NCBI RefSeq assembly: GCF_018977255.1
Contig: NW_024704743.1
Span: 53,322,001 to 53,386,000, forward strand
DNA: 64,000 nt
Source of the DNA: Callorhinchus milii
Taxonomy: Eukaryota
Reading direction: 5' to 3'
Shown: in pieces, positions 12,761 to 29,422 of the stretch
Layout: every line of letters begins with the position of its first letter
Numbering within the stretch: the first letter of the stretch is position 1
Position numbers and translations under genes: made by a program
The notes under the pieces: generated by a model
Database searches by the model: none
Told to the model about the DNA's origin: nothing
Seen by the model: only the letters and a program-made list of their open reading frames with translations

Positions 12761-12919
12761 GGAATAATATACTATAATATAATTAGGTATAATATACATC
12801 TCATAAAATAATGGCGGATTGGAGATATTTCCTTCAGCATTAATGAATGACTCAGGAATAATGCTATGCTTTTGTTGGCCTTTTGTCATCCTACAGTTTT
12901 CTTACTTCAATCTTTCTTT

Positions 12920-13360
12920 GCCTGCAGTAGATGTTATATATTTAGTTTTTAATAAAGTGTTAGCTTGGAGAATGAGTTGTAAAGTCAGAAGGTGTGGAAT
13001 GGTGAGGAGAGCATCAGAATGAATTGGAAAATGGCTGAATCACAGGAAATAAGGGGTAGTTGGTGACTAGAGGGTGCCACAGGAAATAACAGTATTGCTA
13101 TTATTATTTACATTGTATATAGATGCTTTGAAAGTGGGGATAGAAACAAAGCTGTCTACATTTGCTGGAGGCACAAATTGGTGCGTCCCCTTGTAAACAA
13201 TGGGGATCAAGCAAACTAAGTACATAGGCAGAATAACTAGATTGAGTGTTTGTGTTGACAAATGACTGATGTACTTTAATGTGGACAAATGCAAAGTGAC
13301 GAGTGGGAAAGGGGATAAGGCGTTGGAACCAAACTACGTAAACTGTAATCAATTGCATGA
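12920..13360 (+). mobile_element. Old CR1 RT fragment
   Basis: AVDVIYL..FNK, SGVPQ-like and W.MYFNVDKCKV segments. Confidence 0.6.
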
Positions 13361-13411
13361 TCACAACACTGGAGAAGAATGTGGTGATGAGGCTAATTAT
13401 TACATCTTAAT

Positions 13412-13530
13412 GACACCCTGGCTGAGATAACTGAACTCAGCACATCCTGGAAATCAAACCTGGGAACTTCTGAGTTAGTAGGGTTCAGCTTCTCATTTAA
13501 TAAACTCATTGGGCCATCAGAGGAGCTCCC
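13412..13530 (-). mobile_element. Ancient tRNA-like SINE head fragment
   Basis: Reverse complement gggagctcctctgatggcccaatgag...cccaggtttgatttccagg shows degenerate A/B boxes. Confidence 0.4.
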
Positions 13531-13681
13531 ATATCAGATCTCAAATAATCACGACACTCAGCTGCTTTCCTTTTTGATGTGTCAGTCTCAATAACACTCT
13601 TACCTGAAACTGCCTTTAACATTGTTTCATGAAGCAGTCTCAAGATTATCTCTACAAATTTAATTTTACCTTCAATTTTTT

Positions 13682-13862
13682 TTGGTCACCCAGGTATCCG
13701 ACACAGGTGGAAACCCATCACCATGCTTAAGAGCATCCAAACCAAGCTGAGATTTCCATGCATCCCACCTACACATGGAAATCCCAGGGACATATTGTTG
13801 GAATGGAATGTGCACTCTCTCCCTTGAGGAAGACATCCTGCTTACCTAATTCCAGAAAGTAT
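13682..13862. repeat. Unclassified old ~190 bp interspersed repeat (other copies at 10695-10853+11226-11250, 22670-22840, 43585-43630)
   Basis: Shared blocks such as ggaatgga[a/g]tg[t/c]gcactct, gctta[a/c]gag and g[t]tcagatacccagctgacc in both orientations. Confidence 0.7.
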
Positions 13863-15130
13863 AAGGTGCAGAAAATCTTTTAAAAAAATCTGCACCCTAA
13901 TTCCACTTAATTTATGTAACCTTAACTTCTCCTTTACCATTTTACTTATTTTATCAATTTACTTATTTTTCTTGGATGGTTTGGAACAATTTGAAACAAT
14001 TTGAAATTTTAAAAAATCCCATTCCTGTCACAGATTGCTACTCAAATTACATCATCCTATAATCTAAAGTTAAATTGATTAATTTATCATGTTCAGCTCC
14101 TCTTTTAACAGTGCTACCCCTCCCAAACTATTTTCATATATTTTTCTAACATTTCAAACTTTAAACAAAGTGCACGTCAATCCTTAGGCACCGACTAGAT
14201 GTCCCCTTAACCAATTACTCTAACAATAATAATAATAATCTTCTTTGGTAACTTGTTATTGCTGTCAATGATATGTGAATACTGTATTAATATAAACATA
14301 CTTAATGCATATAAAGATTATGCTGAATTCAATTGGCTACTTGATGTTTAACCCATTGGTTTCTTAATGCCTCGCTTCCTTCATTGTAAGCATCTATTCT
14401 CTGGTTACCTTGTTCCTTATTTTCTAATATATATCTCTTATTTGCCTTCCCAACATGGCTTGTTGAAACATTTCCTAATTCAAATGAGTGCCAGTTAGCT
14501 CAATCTCCTAGCTATATATCTGCCTGGATGCAGTCCATCCATCTCAAACAGTTAACACCTTCCCTGAAACCCATCCAATTTCCCATTGCAGTATATCCAA
14601 TTTCATACCCAATTCTCAACTCATTTCAATTAACTGAAGTAAATTAATTGAAATTGATATCTAACCCAGAATCCTATGATTGTAACAACAATAACCTGTA
14701 TCTCATTTGCAGCTATATTTTACCCATATAATAATTAATTTTATATTCTTACTCTCTTTAGTGCATTATATTTCATCAAATAACTTGAAATCTGAAAAAG
14801 GTGCCCAAATAAGGAAGACAAGTTCAAGAGGATTTACACTAATATGGCAGGGTGTAGGGGAAGGCTGAGAATGTGATACAGAATGGGGGGTAGGGGAATA
14901 CAGAAAACAAAATAATATTGATGTAATGATTGGGAGGGCAAAAAAGAGAGGAGATAAACAGACTTTCCTCAGGGACAAGATTTGAGTAAAAATGAAAAGC
15001 AGAATGTATTAGCAAAAAAAAGACAATGGAAGATAAGAGTCTGTATTGCCTGTAGTGCAACAAACAAAGGATGGGGAACAAAACGAGAGAAGTGGAGGCG
15101 GCAATCAAAAGGAGGAATTGAATATAATTT

Positions 15131-15421
15131 GGATTCCTGTAATACAGTGATTAGAGCACTTGTCTCACAAGCTAGAGGAACTGGATTCGATGCCAGTCAG
15201 GGCGAAACCTTAGGTAAGTTTCCTTACTCCACATGGATCCATTTATCTAGTAGTAAATAAGAACCCAGCTGTTAGTCAATTGGGGGACTGCTTTTCCTGG
15301 GGTAATAATCCTTTCAAAAAATCGTTTTAAAAATAATAATAAATAACAATAATAATTTGGTCACTCAATCCACGATTGTTAGTGGGATGCTGCTGTATGC
15401 AATCGCCTGCTGAGTTTCGCC
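15131..15421 (+). mobile_element. tRNA-Ala SINE, long variant, lacking the 3' tail
   Basis: Head and internal segment match the family; the copy stops at gagtttcgcc. Confidence 0.8.
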
Positions 15422-16170
15422 ATGATTGGCAATTAAATGTTGTAGAATACAATAAATTTAAAAACGATAGAGAGGGGAAAAGGGGGCGGTAGTGTAGCAG
15501 GATAGAGGCTTTATAATCACATGGGAAAAGAGAGAGATAAATATTGAGGGGGTAAAGACAGCGTCCAAATGGTTGGAGATAAAGAATAAAAAAGGACCAG
15601 CCACTGTAGCACAGCATCATAGAATTGTAACAGGAATCATCCATATATCATTTACAGTTATATTTTGCCTTTATAGATGCAAGGGCGAGGATCTGAGTGT
15701 ACAGTACTACAGGCCACCCAACAGTGGAAATAAAGTAGAAGAGATAATCAAGCAGGTAAGGAGGATGAGCAAAAATAATAGTTATAATTATGGGGCATTT
15801 CAATTATCCCCAGATTCATTGACAGAGAGAGGGAGTAGGAGCCAAGAAAGGGATGGAGTTCCTGTGATGTGTGCAGGACCCTTTTCTGTCCCAATTATGT
15901 AGAAACTCTTAACAAGAGAAGTGCTGCTTGACTTAGTGTGGGCAATGAGCCAGAGCAGGTTAGAGAGTTAAACAGAGGGCAGCACCTTGAGCGTTATGAT
16001 AATATAAGGTTCAAAATGATTATTAAAAATTAGATAGACAAGATAATTGGAAAAAAGCTAGTTACAACGGGATGAGGAACAAACTAGCCGAGTTAGACTG
16101 GAGGGAAAAATTGGCAAAAAAAGAGGTTGAGTAACAATAGAAGATTTTTAAGCCCGAGAAAAGCAATCAT

Positions 16171-16469
16171 ATAATAATCCTTGCATTTGATATAGCATCT
16201 TATCATGTCATCAAAATATCTCAAAGCGCTTCACAAAATATATTGTAAAGCAGCCAGTTGTGCACAGCAGTGCCCCACAAAAAGTCATGGATTGAGTGAC
16301 CAAATTATTTTTTTNAGAGGGATTATTACCTCGAAAGTGATCCACCAATTAACTAACTGCTAGATAAACAGAGGCGTGTGGAGTAAAGAAACTTACCTAT
16401 CGTTTTTACCTGCCCTGGAATTAAACCTGTGACCATCTCCTTGAAAGTCAAGCTAAGCTACGGGACTCC
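16171..16469 (-). mobile_element. tRNA-Ala SINE, long variant, nested in CR1
   Basis: Tail (aat)n at left, head ggactcc at right. Confidence 0.85.
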
Positions 16470-17246
16470 AAAGTGCAGAAGAAATATATATTGCTTTAAG
16501 ATGTAAAGGAAAATTAGTTAGTAATGGGATGTCATAAATGAATAAGGAGGGAAAGTCAAAACTGCAGATAAGAAAAAAAGCAGTTGAAAATTACAGAATA
16601 AATAACGAAGCAGAAAATAGGAGTGAATGCGGCAAACTTCTGAATGAGGAGAACATAACAAAAAATATAAAAAGCAATAGCAAGGTGGTCTCTAGGTTTG
16701 TTAGTAATAAAATAATGATTAAAGTAGGGATAGGACAGGGATAAACTCACAGCAGATAATAAGCAAATAGCGGAAATCTTAAATGAATACTTCACCTGTT
16801 TTCACAAAGGAAACTGATGAAGAAAGTTTAGTAAGAATAGATGAGCAGTGCGTAAAATCATTACAGATAAAATGGGGAAAAGAGCGGTATTAAATAAATT
16901 ACATAAACTTTAAGAGGACAAGGCACTTGGCCCAGACAGAGTGCACCTAAGGATCCTTAGGGAAAACTAGGGAGAAGATAGCTAGGCTCCAGTACATATA
17001 GTTAAAAATCCTGTAAACATAGGAATTGTGCAGAGGACTGCAGGATAGCCAATATAATACCTATTTTTAAAAAGGGTGATCGAGCTAATTCAGGAAAATA
17101 CAGGCCAGTCATTTTAGGAGAATTTAATTATAAGCAGCCAGCATGGATTTATGAAAGAAAGGTCATGCTTGACCCACCTTATCAAACTTGAATATTGGAG
17201 ACAAAGCCGAGAAAGTAAATAAGGGAAATGCAGTGGAAGTAGTGTA

Positions 17247-17668
17247 GATTTTCAATGAGGTTGTGGACAGTGAGGGCTTTATTGGAGAGTGGACATTTTG
17301 TAGGATGATGCATTAGGGGATAGGTAGCAGAGGGCTTTGCAGGACAGGGAGAGGGGAGGAGGAGGAGGAAAAATGATAGGAAGAGTGGGAATGTGGTTAA
17401 GAGAATGTTTGCTCCAAGGGTGGCTGATTTTGGATAGCCAACAGCAAGTGCCACAATACCCCCAGAGAAAGATTCTCAGGCTGGAAGAGAAAGAAGCTGA
17501 GGATGGTCGAGGGGGAAGAGGAGGCAGGGAGGTAAGAGAGGAGATCCAAGTGGGAGTAATGGAGGATAGGGGACAGGGATGTGGGCAATTTGGGCGACGA
17601 CAGGTCGGATCAGCATCTCGGGATGTTCGCCCAATGTGAAAGACACTATTTAAATGCAATTTGTTGTT
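17247..17668. mobile_element. Composite L2 insertion: inverted ORF2 N-terminal piece plus forward 3' tail
   Basis: The minus strand encodes LHYSHLDLL and LSNKALTVHNLI; plus-strand tail at 17611-17668; gtgta on both sides. Confidence 0.6.
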
Positions 17669-20600
17669 GTGTATAGATTTCCATAAAGCCTTTGTAATGT
17701 TCCACATGAAAGACTCGTGGCTAAAATCTGGGCATGTGGAATCAAGGAAAAAGTAGCAGAATGGATTAAAGAATAATTAGGAAACTAAAAGCAGAGTAGG
17801 AGTTAAGGGTACCTTCTTAGGCTGGAATGAGATAGGAAGTGATATTCTACAGGGTTCCGTTTTAGGACTACTATTGTTTACCATATACATAAATGATTTA
17901 CATTCAGGTATAAGGGTGCGGTATCAAAATGTGCAGATGACATCAAACTGGTTGTATAGTAAACAGTGAAGGGGATTGCAGAAAAATGCAGGAAGACATA
18001 AACAGGCTAGCAAAATGAGCAGGCAATTGAAGTTTAATATTGGAAAATGCAAAGTAATTCACTTCAGCAGAAAAAATAGAGAAGATGTCTACTGCCCGGT
18101 AGTAACCTAAGAGAAAATAAGTGAGGAAGTAAAAGTAATGTTAAATATATAAATCTTTGGTCCGAAATTTCAAGTACTGTGTCTAATTTGGGTTGCTGTA
18201 CAAGAAGGATTATAGCAGCGATAGAAAGAGCACAGCAGAGATTTACCTGGATAATACCAGGGCTGGCAGGTTACTATTATCAGGATAGGCTGGCTATGCT
18301 AGTTCTTCTTTTGCTTAGAGGAGTTTTAGATGAGATCTAATAGAGCTGTTTAAAATTATCAAAGGGTTCAGTAAGGTTTACGTAAATAGGCTGTTTTCAC
18401 TGGTTGGGTAATCCATAACCAGGGGAAACAAGAGTAAGTTACCAACTAGGGGATCTGAAAAAGACTTTAGGAGGAACTACTTCACACAGAGGGTGGTGAG
18501 ATTGTGAAACTCACTGTCTGAAGTAATGGTTGATGATTGGGTAGATGATTTAAAAGGAAGCTAAAGAGTTTCACATGAGGGAGAGGGGAATAGAAAGGTA
18601 TTGGAAAGAAATAAGACGTAGGTGAAGACTCACATGAAGTATGACTGGTTGGGTGAATTGGCCTCTTTCTGTGCTGTAAATTCTTTGTAAATCTTTGAAA
18701 GTTTCAGGTATCTGTGGAACTCAAATTCATAACATTCAACTTCCTTGTGAACTACAGAAAATTGTCTTTGCAAAAAGATTCCAATTTTAAACAGGTGATG
18801 TTTTTATTACTTTGAGCCACAGTGTTCCAGCGCTTTGCGATGTCCTCTCAACATGAAAATATAATTTTGTATTGTATAAATATATCTGAGAACAATGAAG
18901 ATTACAATCTACTGTAATAAGACAGAAGTGTAGATACTTAAAATTTATTTAAAATTATCTACCCGAAAAAAATATTTTTTGTTTTTAAAAATGCATGTTT
19001 ATAATGCACGTTATTTTAAAATCCAATATACTCTATGCAATGAGAGACCTTTAAAGGAATTTAAAGAAATTCACCATAATATGTGAATATGTGAAGGACA
19101 AAACCAGTTTTAAAACTGATGTGAATCAGCCAAGACCATTCGGACCATTCAGCTTATTATTTCTAACATACCATCATGGATTGTATCCAATGTTTATTCT
19201 GTTTCTTATGTCAAATCAAAACTGTAAGAATTGTGCTTTTTTAAAAAAAATACAAAGGGGAAACAAGAGTAAGATACCATTACATTACATTTCCAATTTT
19301 AAACAGGTGATGTTTTTGTGGATCACCCAACCAGTCATACTTCACATGAGTCTTCACCTTCATTATATTTTTGATTTATGACACGAGGCAGTAACTATTT
19401 ATGTCCTGATTTTAAAATGGGAGTAAAATATCTGAGCAAACAAGTAGAAACAAATTTTCTACCTGACTATCATTGAACGAATACTTCAAAATATTACAAA
19501 ATATTCACATTATTAACTCTCACTGGCTACATTCCCTACACATTCTTCCGATACTCTTCTGTCAACCTTTCCAATGCAACAGTAGCTTTTTGAAGGTATC
19601 ATTCCCACAACTGCATAGAAATATTAATTTTTTTTAAGAAGTACTGACACGATGGTGACGGTTCCAGCTGTACAAGAAACACTGAGTTCCAGAGTATTTG
19701 ATCATCTAAGCTTCTCATAAACTTCAATCTTTTTGTTAGCCAGATATTCTCGCTTTTTTAAAAAAAATCAACATAGAATAATTGTTTTTGATGAGAATCT
19801 TATTCCATTCTAAAACTGGGAGGGGGGGGGGGGGGGGGGGGCGAAGGGATGCGGATCAGGGAAGAGGTGATTGTAATCTCCAGCATTGTTTGATACTTAA
19901 TTTTGTCCTCATCCTAGTTACCTCTGCAATAGTTTGACTTAAAATTACTTTTGTATGTTGTTGAGATCCCTCTCAATCTTCTTTTCTCCAATAAGTTCAT
20001 TTATATATTTTTATACCTAAAATGTTACTTTCCTTACCCTTCTATGAACCTGTAAACAAACAGAACAAACATTTCAGAAAACTAAGCTAAAATTTCACAG
20101 AAGAATTTCACATTGTTCTCAGATACATTTATACAGATTGTATCCTCAATTTTATATCTTTAACTAAGATTAATAATCCTAATCTCTACTATTCGTTGAT
20201 TAAAGTTTTTTGCATTTACTAGTTATAACTAAAATATTTTTTCAATGTAATAATAAGAATCCTTGCATTTTTGAAAGTACTATTCTCACCGCTTCATATA
20301 AATATTTCAATTTTCAAGGAATAGTTAGCACAAACAAATATAACATTTAATTAATGCAGATATGTTTAAGTTTTAGTGTATATAGTTTGATTTCTAAAAA
20401 ACATTAACAATTGAAACAGCATTCTGTTGTAAAATCTACAGTCCATACAGGCAGTCATGAGAATAATAATAACTTTCTTTGTGAAACATTAATCAGCATT
20501 ATTTTACTATCTTCAGCTGCAATTCAAATGCCTTAAAGTTGTTTTTATTTAACAGGAATTTTCTGTAACATAATGATTTACCACCTTTTGTTTAAAAACA

Positions 20601-21257
20601 CATATGTTACAACTTTATCTTAGAAACAAAAACATTTCACAAAGCCTTGTGATACCATTTCACAGAAGGGATCAGATTGTACCCTCAATTTTACATTTGT
20701 AACCAAGATTAATAACCGTCATCTCTACTATTGTTTGATTATAGATTTTTGCATTTCCTAGTTCCAATTAAATTATTATAAGTTATAATTAATTGTGAAC
20801 AAACAATTTAAAACAAATTTAAAATATATCATTTGTTACTGCAAATCAGACACAAGCAGGGAGGGGATATGAATGGTATTGAATTTTCTGATTCAAACTG
20901 CATTATTTCTGTCCTTTATCTTATGATATGATCTCAAACATAATTTTTATCAATAATAAGCAGTTTTCTCACTATTAAACTCTTGGCTTCAAAAAATTCA
21001 GTACTTTGCGATCAGATTGCAAATTCAGACTTACTACTTCCAAATATATTGTAGCGTATTATAAGAAGTGTTAATGAGAGTCTGTATTTCTGTGTATAAA
21101 CATTTGGCTATTTAACAATAAAAATGGATATAGGTTAGTAGGTAATTCAGTATGTTGGAATACCAACATTGAGCTCCAGACTTCATCCCTATTCTTCAGA
21201 GTTCACATTTCAGCTAAGTTACTTAGTGAAGGTACCACAAAAAGGCCAATCACTTCC

Positions 21258-21326
21258 TCACAACAACAACAACAACAAAACTACATTTGTATAGCACCTT
21301 TCACGTCGGGAGGACGTCCCAAGGCG
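21258..21326 (-). mobile_element. Orphan L2 3' tail (similar ones at 8098-8157, 42607-42672, 44281-44338, 49770-49836)
   Basis: (caa)n followed by tacatttgtatagcacctttcacgtcgggaggacgtcccaaggcg. Confidence 0.8.
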
Positions 21327-24300
21327 AGAGAAGAGAGAAAATAAATTGCTTTGGTGCACTTTCTGGGAGTCTATGTCAGACCATAATGAACAAACTCCAT
21401 ACTTTTCAGATGCAAATGAGACGTGGTTAGGGCAAATAGTTAAAAAAGTAAATACAATGAAAAATAAAAATATTAAAATGTATCTTAATGGGAGAACATA
21501 TTTTCCTAGACTTCTTTCCTTCCTGTTATTGTGGTGATCTGTTCCCAAGCTTCCTTTGTCTTCTCACTTGCCTCTGCAATTTTTTCTTCATCTGCTGATC
21601 CAGTGTTGTCTCATTTCGAAGATTTCCCCTTTTCTCTCTACACCTAGCCTTAACTGGCCCATCTCTCATTCTCCATTCACTCTGTGCCTGTATCACTGTG
21701 GGGTGTACAAGCAGAGTCCCTTACATCTCCATGCTCTATTAACTCACTGACAAAGAAACTTAGACAAAGTTACCAATACTGTGGTTCTACATCTATTGTT
21801 ACCATCACTATACAATAGTACAGTACCATCTTACATGCAACTTAACCAATACTTTTGATCTGACCCTATAAGAACTGAACATACTATCATACTATCCAAA
21901 CTTTGTATTGCATTATTCATACCGAGAAAATGCCTTACGATAACTACTTATTACAACTACTTACTATTACACAAGATAGAAAGGTACACAGACAGAGAAT
22001 CTTAGTAGCTTTACACTCCCAAAGAAACGTAGGAATCAAAATACAACAATATTAAAGGAAAATGGAGGAATATTAGAATTAAATAAAGGTAAGAGGGTAG
22101 AGAAAAAAAACAAATACAAAGAATTTACTTCAGTAGGAACTAAATAAAAACTAAAAATCATGTTGATAAATATTTTTTTAAACAGAAACAGGAAGAGTGA
22201 GGAAATATATAGATTTAAGGGAAATGTAAAAAATAGAAAGAAATACAAAACCATTGAAAATCCAAGTAAATGAAAGTGGGAATCAAACAAATATTGTTAT
22301 AATACAGAAATGAATGAAACAAGCAACAAAACTAGAGAATGAAACACCACAAGACAAATATTAAATCAGAATTTTAAAAAAATATGATTTTGAGAGATAG
22401 AAATGTTGAAGGCAATGTGATTTGGACTGGACTCAACTCATTTCAGATTTTTTTTAAATTACATTTTAATACTGTATTTCTTCACTGCTGAAAGGAATGG
22501 CCCCTTCAAAATTCTTCAGAAACAAATTAAGTAATTGTGAGGAAACATCATATGCCATCATGGTTCTTGGACAGCTTGCATTATCTCAATTAAAACTTAA
22601 AAATGAAAGTAGCAGAAGTAGAATTTATTAAACCGTAGTAAGCTTTTTTTTGGTGGGAGTGGGTAGGAGAGTCAGTTAGGTGTCTGATACATGCAGAAAC
22701 CCGTCAACACGCTTACGAGTATTGAAACCAGATAGAGCTCCATATACGTATCACACCAGCCATAGAAACTTCCCTTTGTCTGGAATGGAGTGTGCACTCT
22801 CTGCTCAGAGGGATGTACCTGGTTTACTAGGCACAGGTTAGTCAGATTCCAATATTCCAGGCATTCACCTTCGAGCCAACTCAGCCCTGAGGAGAGTGCC
22901 CTTGCCTCCCTCTCCCCAGGATAGTCACTAATTAATTATTAGATATGTGACAAATGGAGGTTTGAGTTCTCACTGGGGTGATAGCGGGCACCAGGAACTC
23001 CTTACAAATCTCTTGGTGAGCAGCACAACTCAGCATGAAATGCGTAACAACCTTGCCACCATTCTCCTTCCCACAACTTGGGACTCAAACCTCTACTCAT
23101 TCAGCTGCTTAGCAAACAAATATATGATCAAACAAATATATGATCCTGTGTTTACGAACCTAGACCCCCAAGTCATCTTTCTAGTACTTCTTGTTCTAAG
23201 CCACAGTTTCTCATCAACGTTTCATTGAACATCTGCCTTCAACATGGTGGAAGGATCTATTCAGAACCATTTGTGATGTGCCAGTCATATTGATGTCTAA
23301 TGGTGTGTACAAGGTTTACTCTAAACCAACTGCTTAATGCACATCCTCATGTGAGAGGGCTTGACAGATACGCTGCTCTGAAGGCGATACCACCTCCAGG
23401 GTGCAAAGTGAGAATTGAATGTAGCCCAGAACCCTCCCTGCAGCTGCTTCCCCCATTTTACCCACAAATCCACCTCATTGCTTGATCATGGACTTCGTAA
23501 ATGGACTCAAGGAGAACCCTCCACTGAATATCGAGGAGCTTGGATCCATGAAGGAGAACTGTTTGGAAATACTTCTTATATACTATATGCTTAATGTACT
23601 TTGGGACTTTGTGATCATTGAAAAGAGTTCAACAAAGTGCCAAATGGCAGTGAACAACAAACATTGGTGTCCATCACAATCCACACATTCCAATAAAAAC
23701 CTTACGAATGTGCTAATTTAGAAACGATCACGAATGTTTTGTGAATTTATTTAAAAGATGATTGCCATTTTAGCTAACTTATTAATATAGGAGTGTTATC
23801 TACAGAGAATGCAAGTTTCAGAGCAAAGTTTTACTAGTTCATATCTCATCACAAATTCATTGAAGATAATGAAGCAAAATGTTGAAGCGTAATAACAACA
23901 GACAAAGCCCATTAGATAACAACCATTTCACTCAGAGAATACTGAAAGCTATTACATCTTATAAATAAAAGGGTATTTTATACTAATATATTGTATTTCA
24001 TGTTTTGCAAAGCTTATTTTAATTTTTCACTGAACAAGATATTTGAAACCTGTGCAACTCACATTATTTGCTTTATTTTTAAATCAAAAATTCTTAAGAC
24101 TTTTTGTGCAGATAGCAATGGCGACATAAATTGTTTTTTATTGCACTTTCTCTGATTGCAAAGTTCACAAAGTCCAGAATAGATAGAATCTAAAGAATAT
24201 TTGGTTTGCTAAAGCAATAAACAAATTTGATTAGAAACTTGCAGAATTCAGATTTAGAGCATCACACTACATGATTTGATACTTTTATAATTACAATTAC

Positions 24301-26349
24301 ATTAGAAAAAAATCAGTAAATGATAATCCCATTGGAAACACATATGAACACAAAGAAAACCTCAGTTAACCTAACTTTATAGTATCTTGACTAATTTAAA
24401 TGTCATGATCAGCTGTAGTTTATGTTTATATGCCAAGAAGATATGTTACTACTACTGTACAAATACGAATATACAATTGTGTAAAACATCAAAATGAAAT
24501 ATTTCTGTTTGATTATATTTACCATTTTACATTAATTAGAACAGAATGATAAAACAGAACATGGACCAATTTTTGATTTCAGCTGAAGAAAATATTCCCA
24601 AATTTAAATGAATTATTAAATATTTTCACTGAAATCATTAGCAAGTTTCTCCAATGATTATCAATATTTCCTCCCTAGGATTTACTGAAAATGTACAATG
24701 GAACTCTTTCAATTATATATTTATCGGATTCGTCAAACACAAACAATACTAGTAAGGTAGAGTAAATAATATTTGCTATAACGTGTACAATATTACAGAC
24801 ATCTTAACTCATTAAGTCTACTTGAAAACAGAAATGCTAATTGCCATTTTGTGTCATTTAGAAATTAAGCAGAAAGTCACAACTTAATATGTATTATCCA
24901 ATTTTCAATCAATAGTATTTCTACTTTCAAAATTTATTTAATTACTATACATCTAATAAGCAATTCTAAAATCATAAGAAGTCAAAATATTTGTAATTCT
25001 AAACAATTTTACTAGCTTTGTACCATCAACCTCATTCAACTTATGCAATATGAGATCACCTACAAATATTTAAAATATTTACCATTTTGATTTACATTTG
25101 TTAGCAGAAAATACCACCAAAACGAAGTACATGTAACAATGTAAATAAAATATCTTCTAGAAACATTACAAATCTTTTTAAAATGATGAACAAGGTAAAC
25201 TTTAACAAAAAATTGTCCCAGTGTCTATTTGAAAAGTATAGAGAATCCCAACACAAACTTTTTGTAACTAATTGTTGGTTGATACTATATTTTCAGAAGT
25301 GTACAACAAACATAAAATAACTAAATAATTGTATGTTTTCGTCAACGTTATGGAACATCACAGTATTCATACACATTGTTTTAAAACTACGATTGCAGTT
25401 TTATTCAGATATATTTTAATTATTGCTATTTATTAACTCTATTCCAAAAGTGTTAGGAGCATGGACAAAATCACTTTGATAGATATGATAGAATAAAACG
25501 CTGATATTGAACATTTCAAAGCAAAGATTTTATATTTTAAGATTTAATTTGATAAAAATTGATTTGTGCATCACCTTTAAAATGACTTCTTTTTTTAAAA
25601 AAAATGGTATCTGTTTTGATGTTCTGAAACAAATAGAAACATGTGATATTTAAAATTGTATCAAAATGAATTGATGGAAGATTGTGAGAAATACTGAGAA
25701 TTGTTTTGTCGATTTACCATTGGCAGAAAACAACTTTAAATGGATAAATGTACTCCAAAGTAATGCAGTATTCTATCATTTGGGATTGGGTTTTCTATAT
25801 AGATGGAATAATAAATCAAAATGCTTATTCCTTTCCCCCAAAAAGAAAAGAACATTGTACAGATTATCCAGCCTTTTTACAGCTTAAAGCGTTTGTCAAG
25901 AGTTAAGAGTTGCATTAAAAAGCATGAACAAAATGTCATTTGGGCAACCTTATCAAGGCACACCTCAATTAGTTGTTTTGGGTTAAAACTTACCACTCAA
26001 TGTTGCCATATATTGTTTTTTTTAACACCCATGTGCCAGAAACGTTTTAGCAAACATCAATATTGCAGTTTTTTTTAAAAAAAAATCATAATTCTCCCTA
26101 ACATCTTTGCTATTTAAAAATGCAACAGTAAACATGTGAAGGAATTTTAACAAAATAAGTTCAATTGAAAATGCCACAATTTTCAGGGTAATGTGAAATA
26201 TCTGAAAGATGTAATTATTTGCCAGCAATTATTTCTCTCGAGGTCCTGATGGATTTAAACCTCCTCACGAGTAGGATTATCCAATCAATTACCATTCAGT
26301 TAAATGGATAGAAGAAAGTTAACCCAAACGAATTCTAAAACATATATAA

Positions 26350-29422
<3,073 letters not shown>

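Larger units (their letters stand above)
15665..18697 (+). mobile_element. CR1 LINE ORF2 (EN+RT) to 3' tail, decayed, with two nested insertions
   Basis: YYRPPNS, IMGxFNYP, AEILNEYF, KALGPDRVHLRIL, PIFKKGDR, QHGFMKERSCLT, QGSVLG, ADDIKL and FTQRVV motifs; tail ggcctctttctgtgctgtaaattctttgta. Confidence 0.85.

Noticed and set aside
13865..13896. ggtgcaga...tctgcacc hairpin
   Set aside because: An 8-bp stem is expected by chance in 64 kb.
23230..23710. Possible RTE-type LINE remnant
   Set aside because: Only vague motif resemblance; cannot be supported without a search.
1..26300. Exons of an upstream neighbour such as TRA2A (adjacent in human)
   Set aside because: No RS-domain or RRM-coding exon was recognised in this interval.
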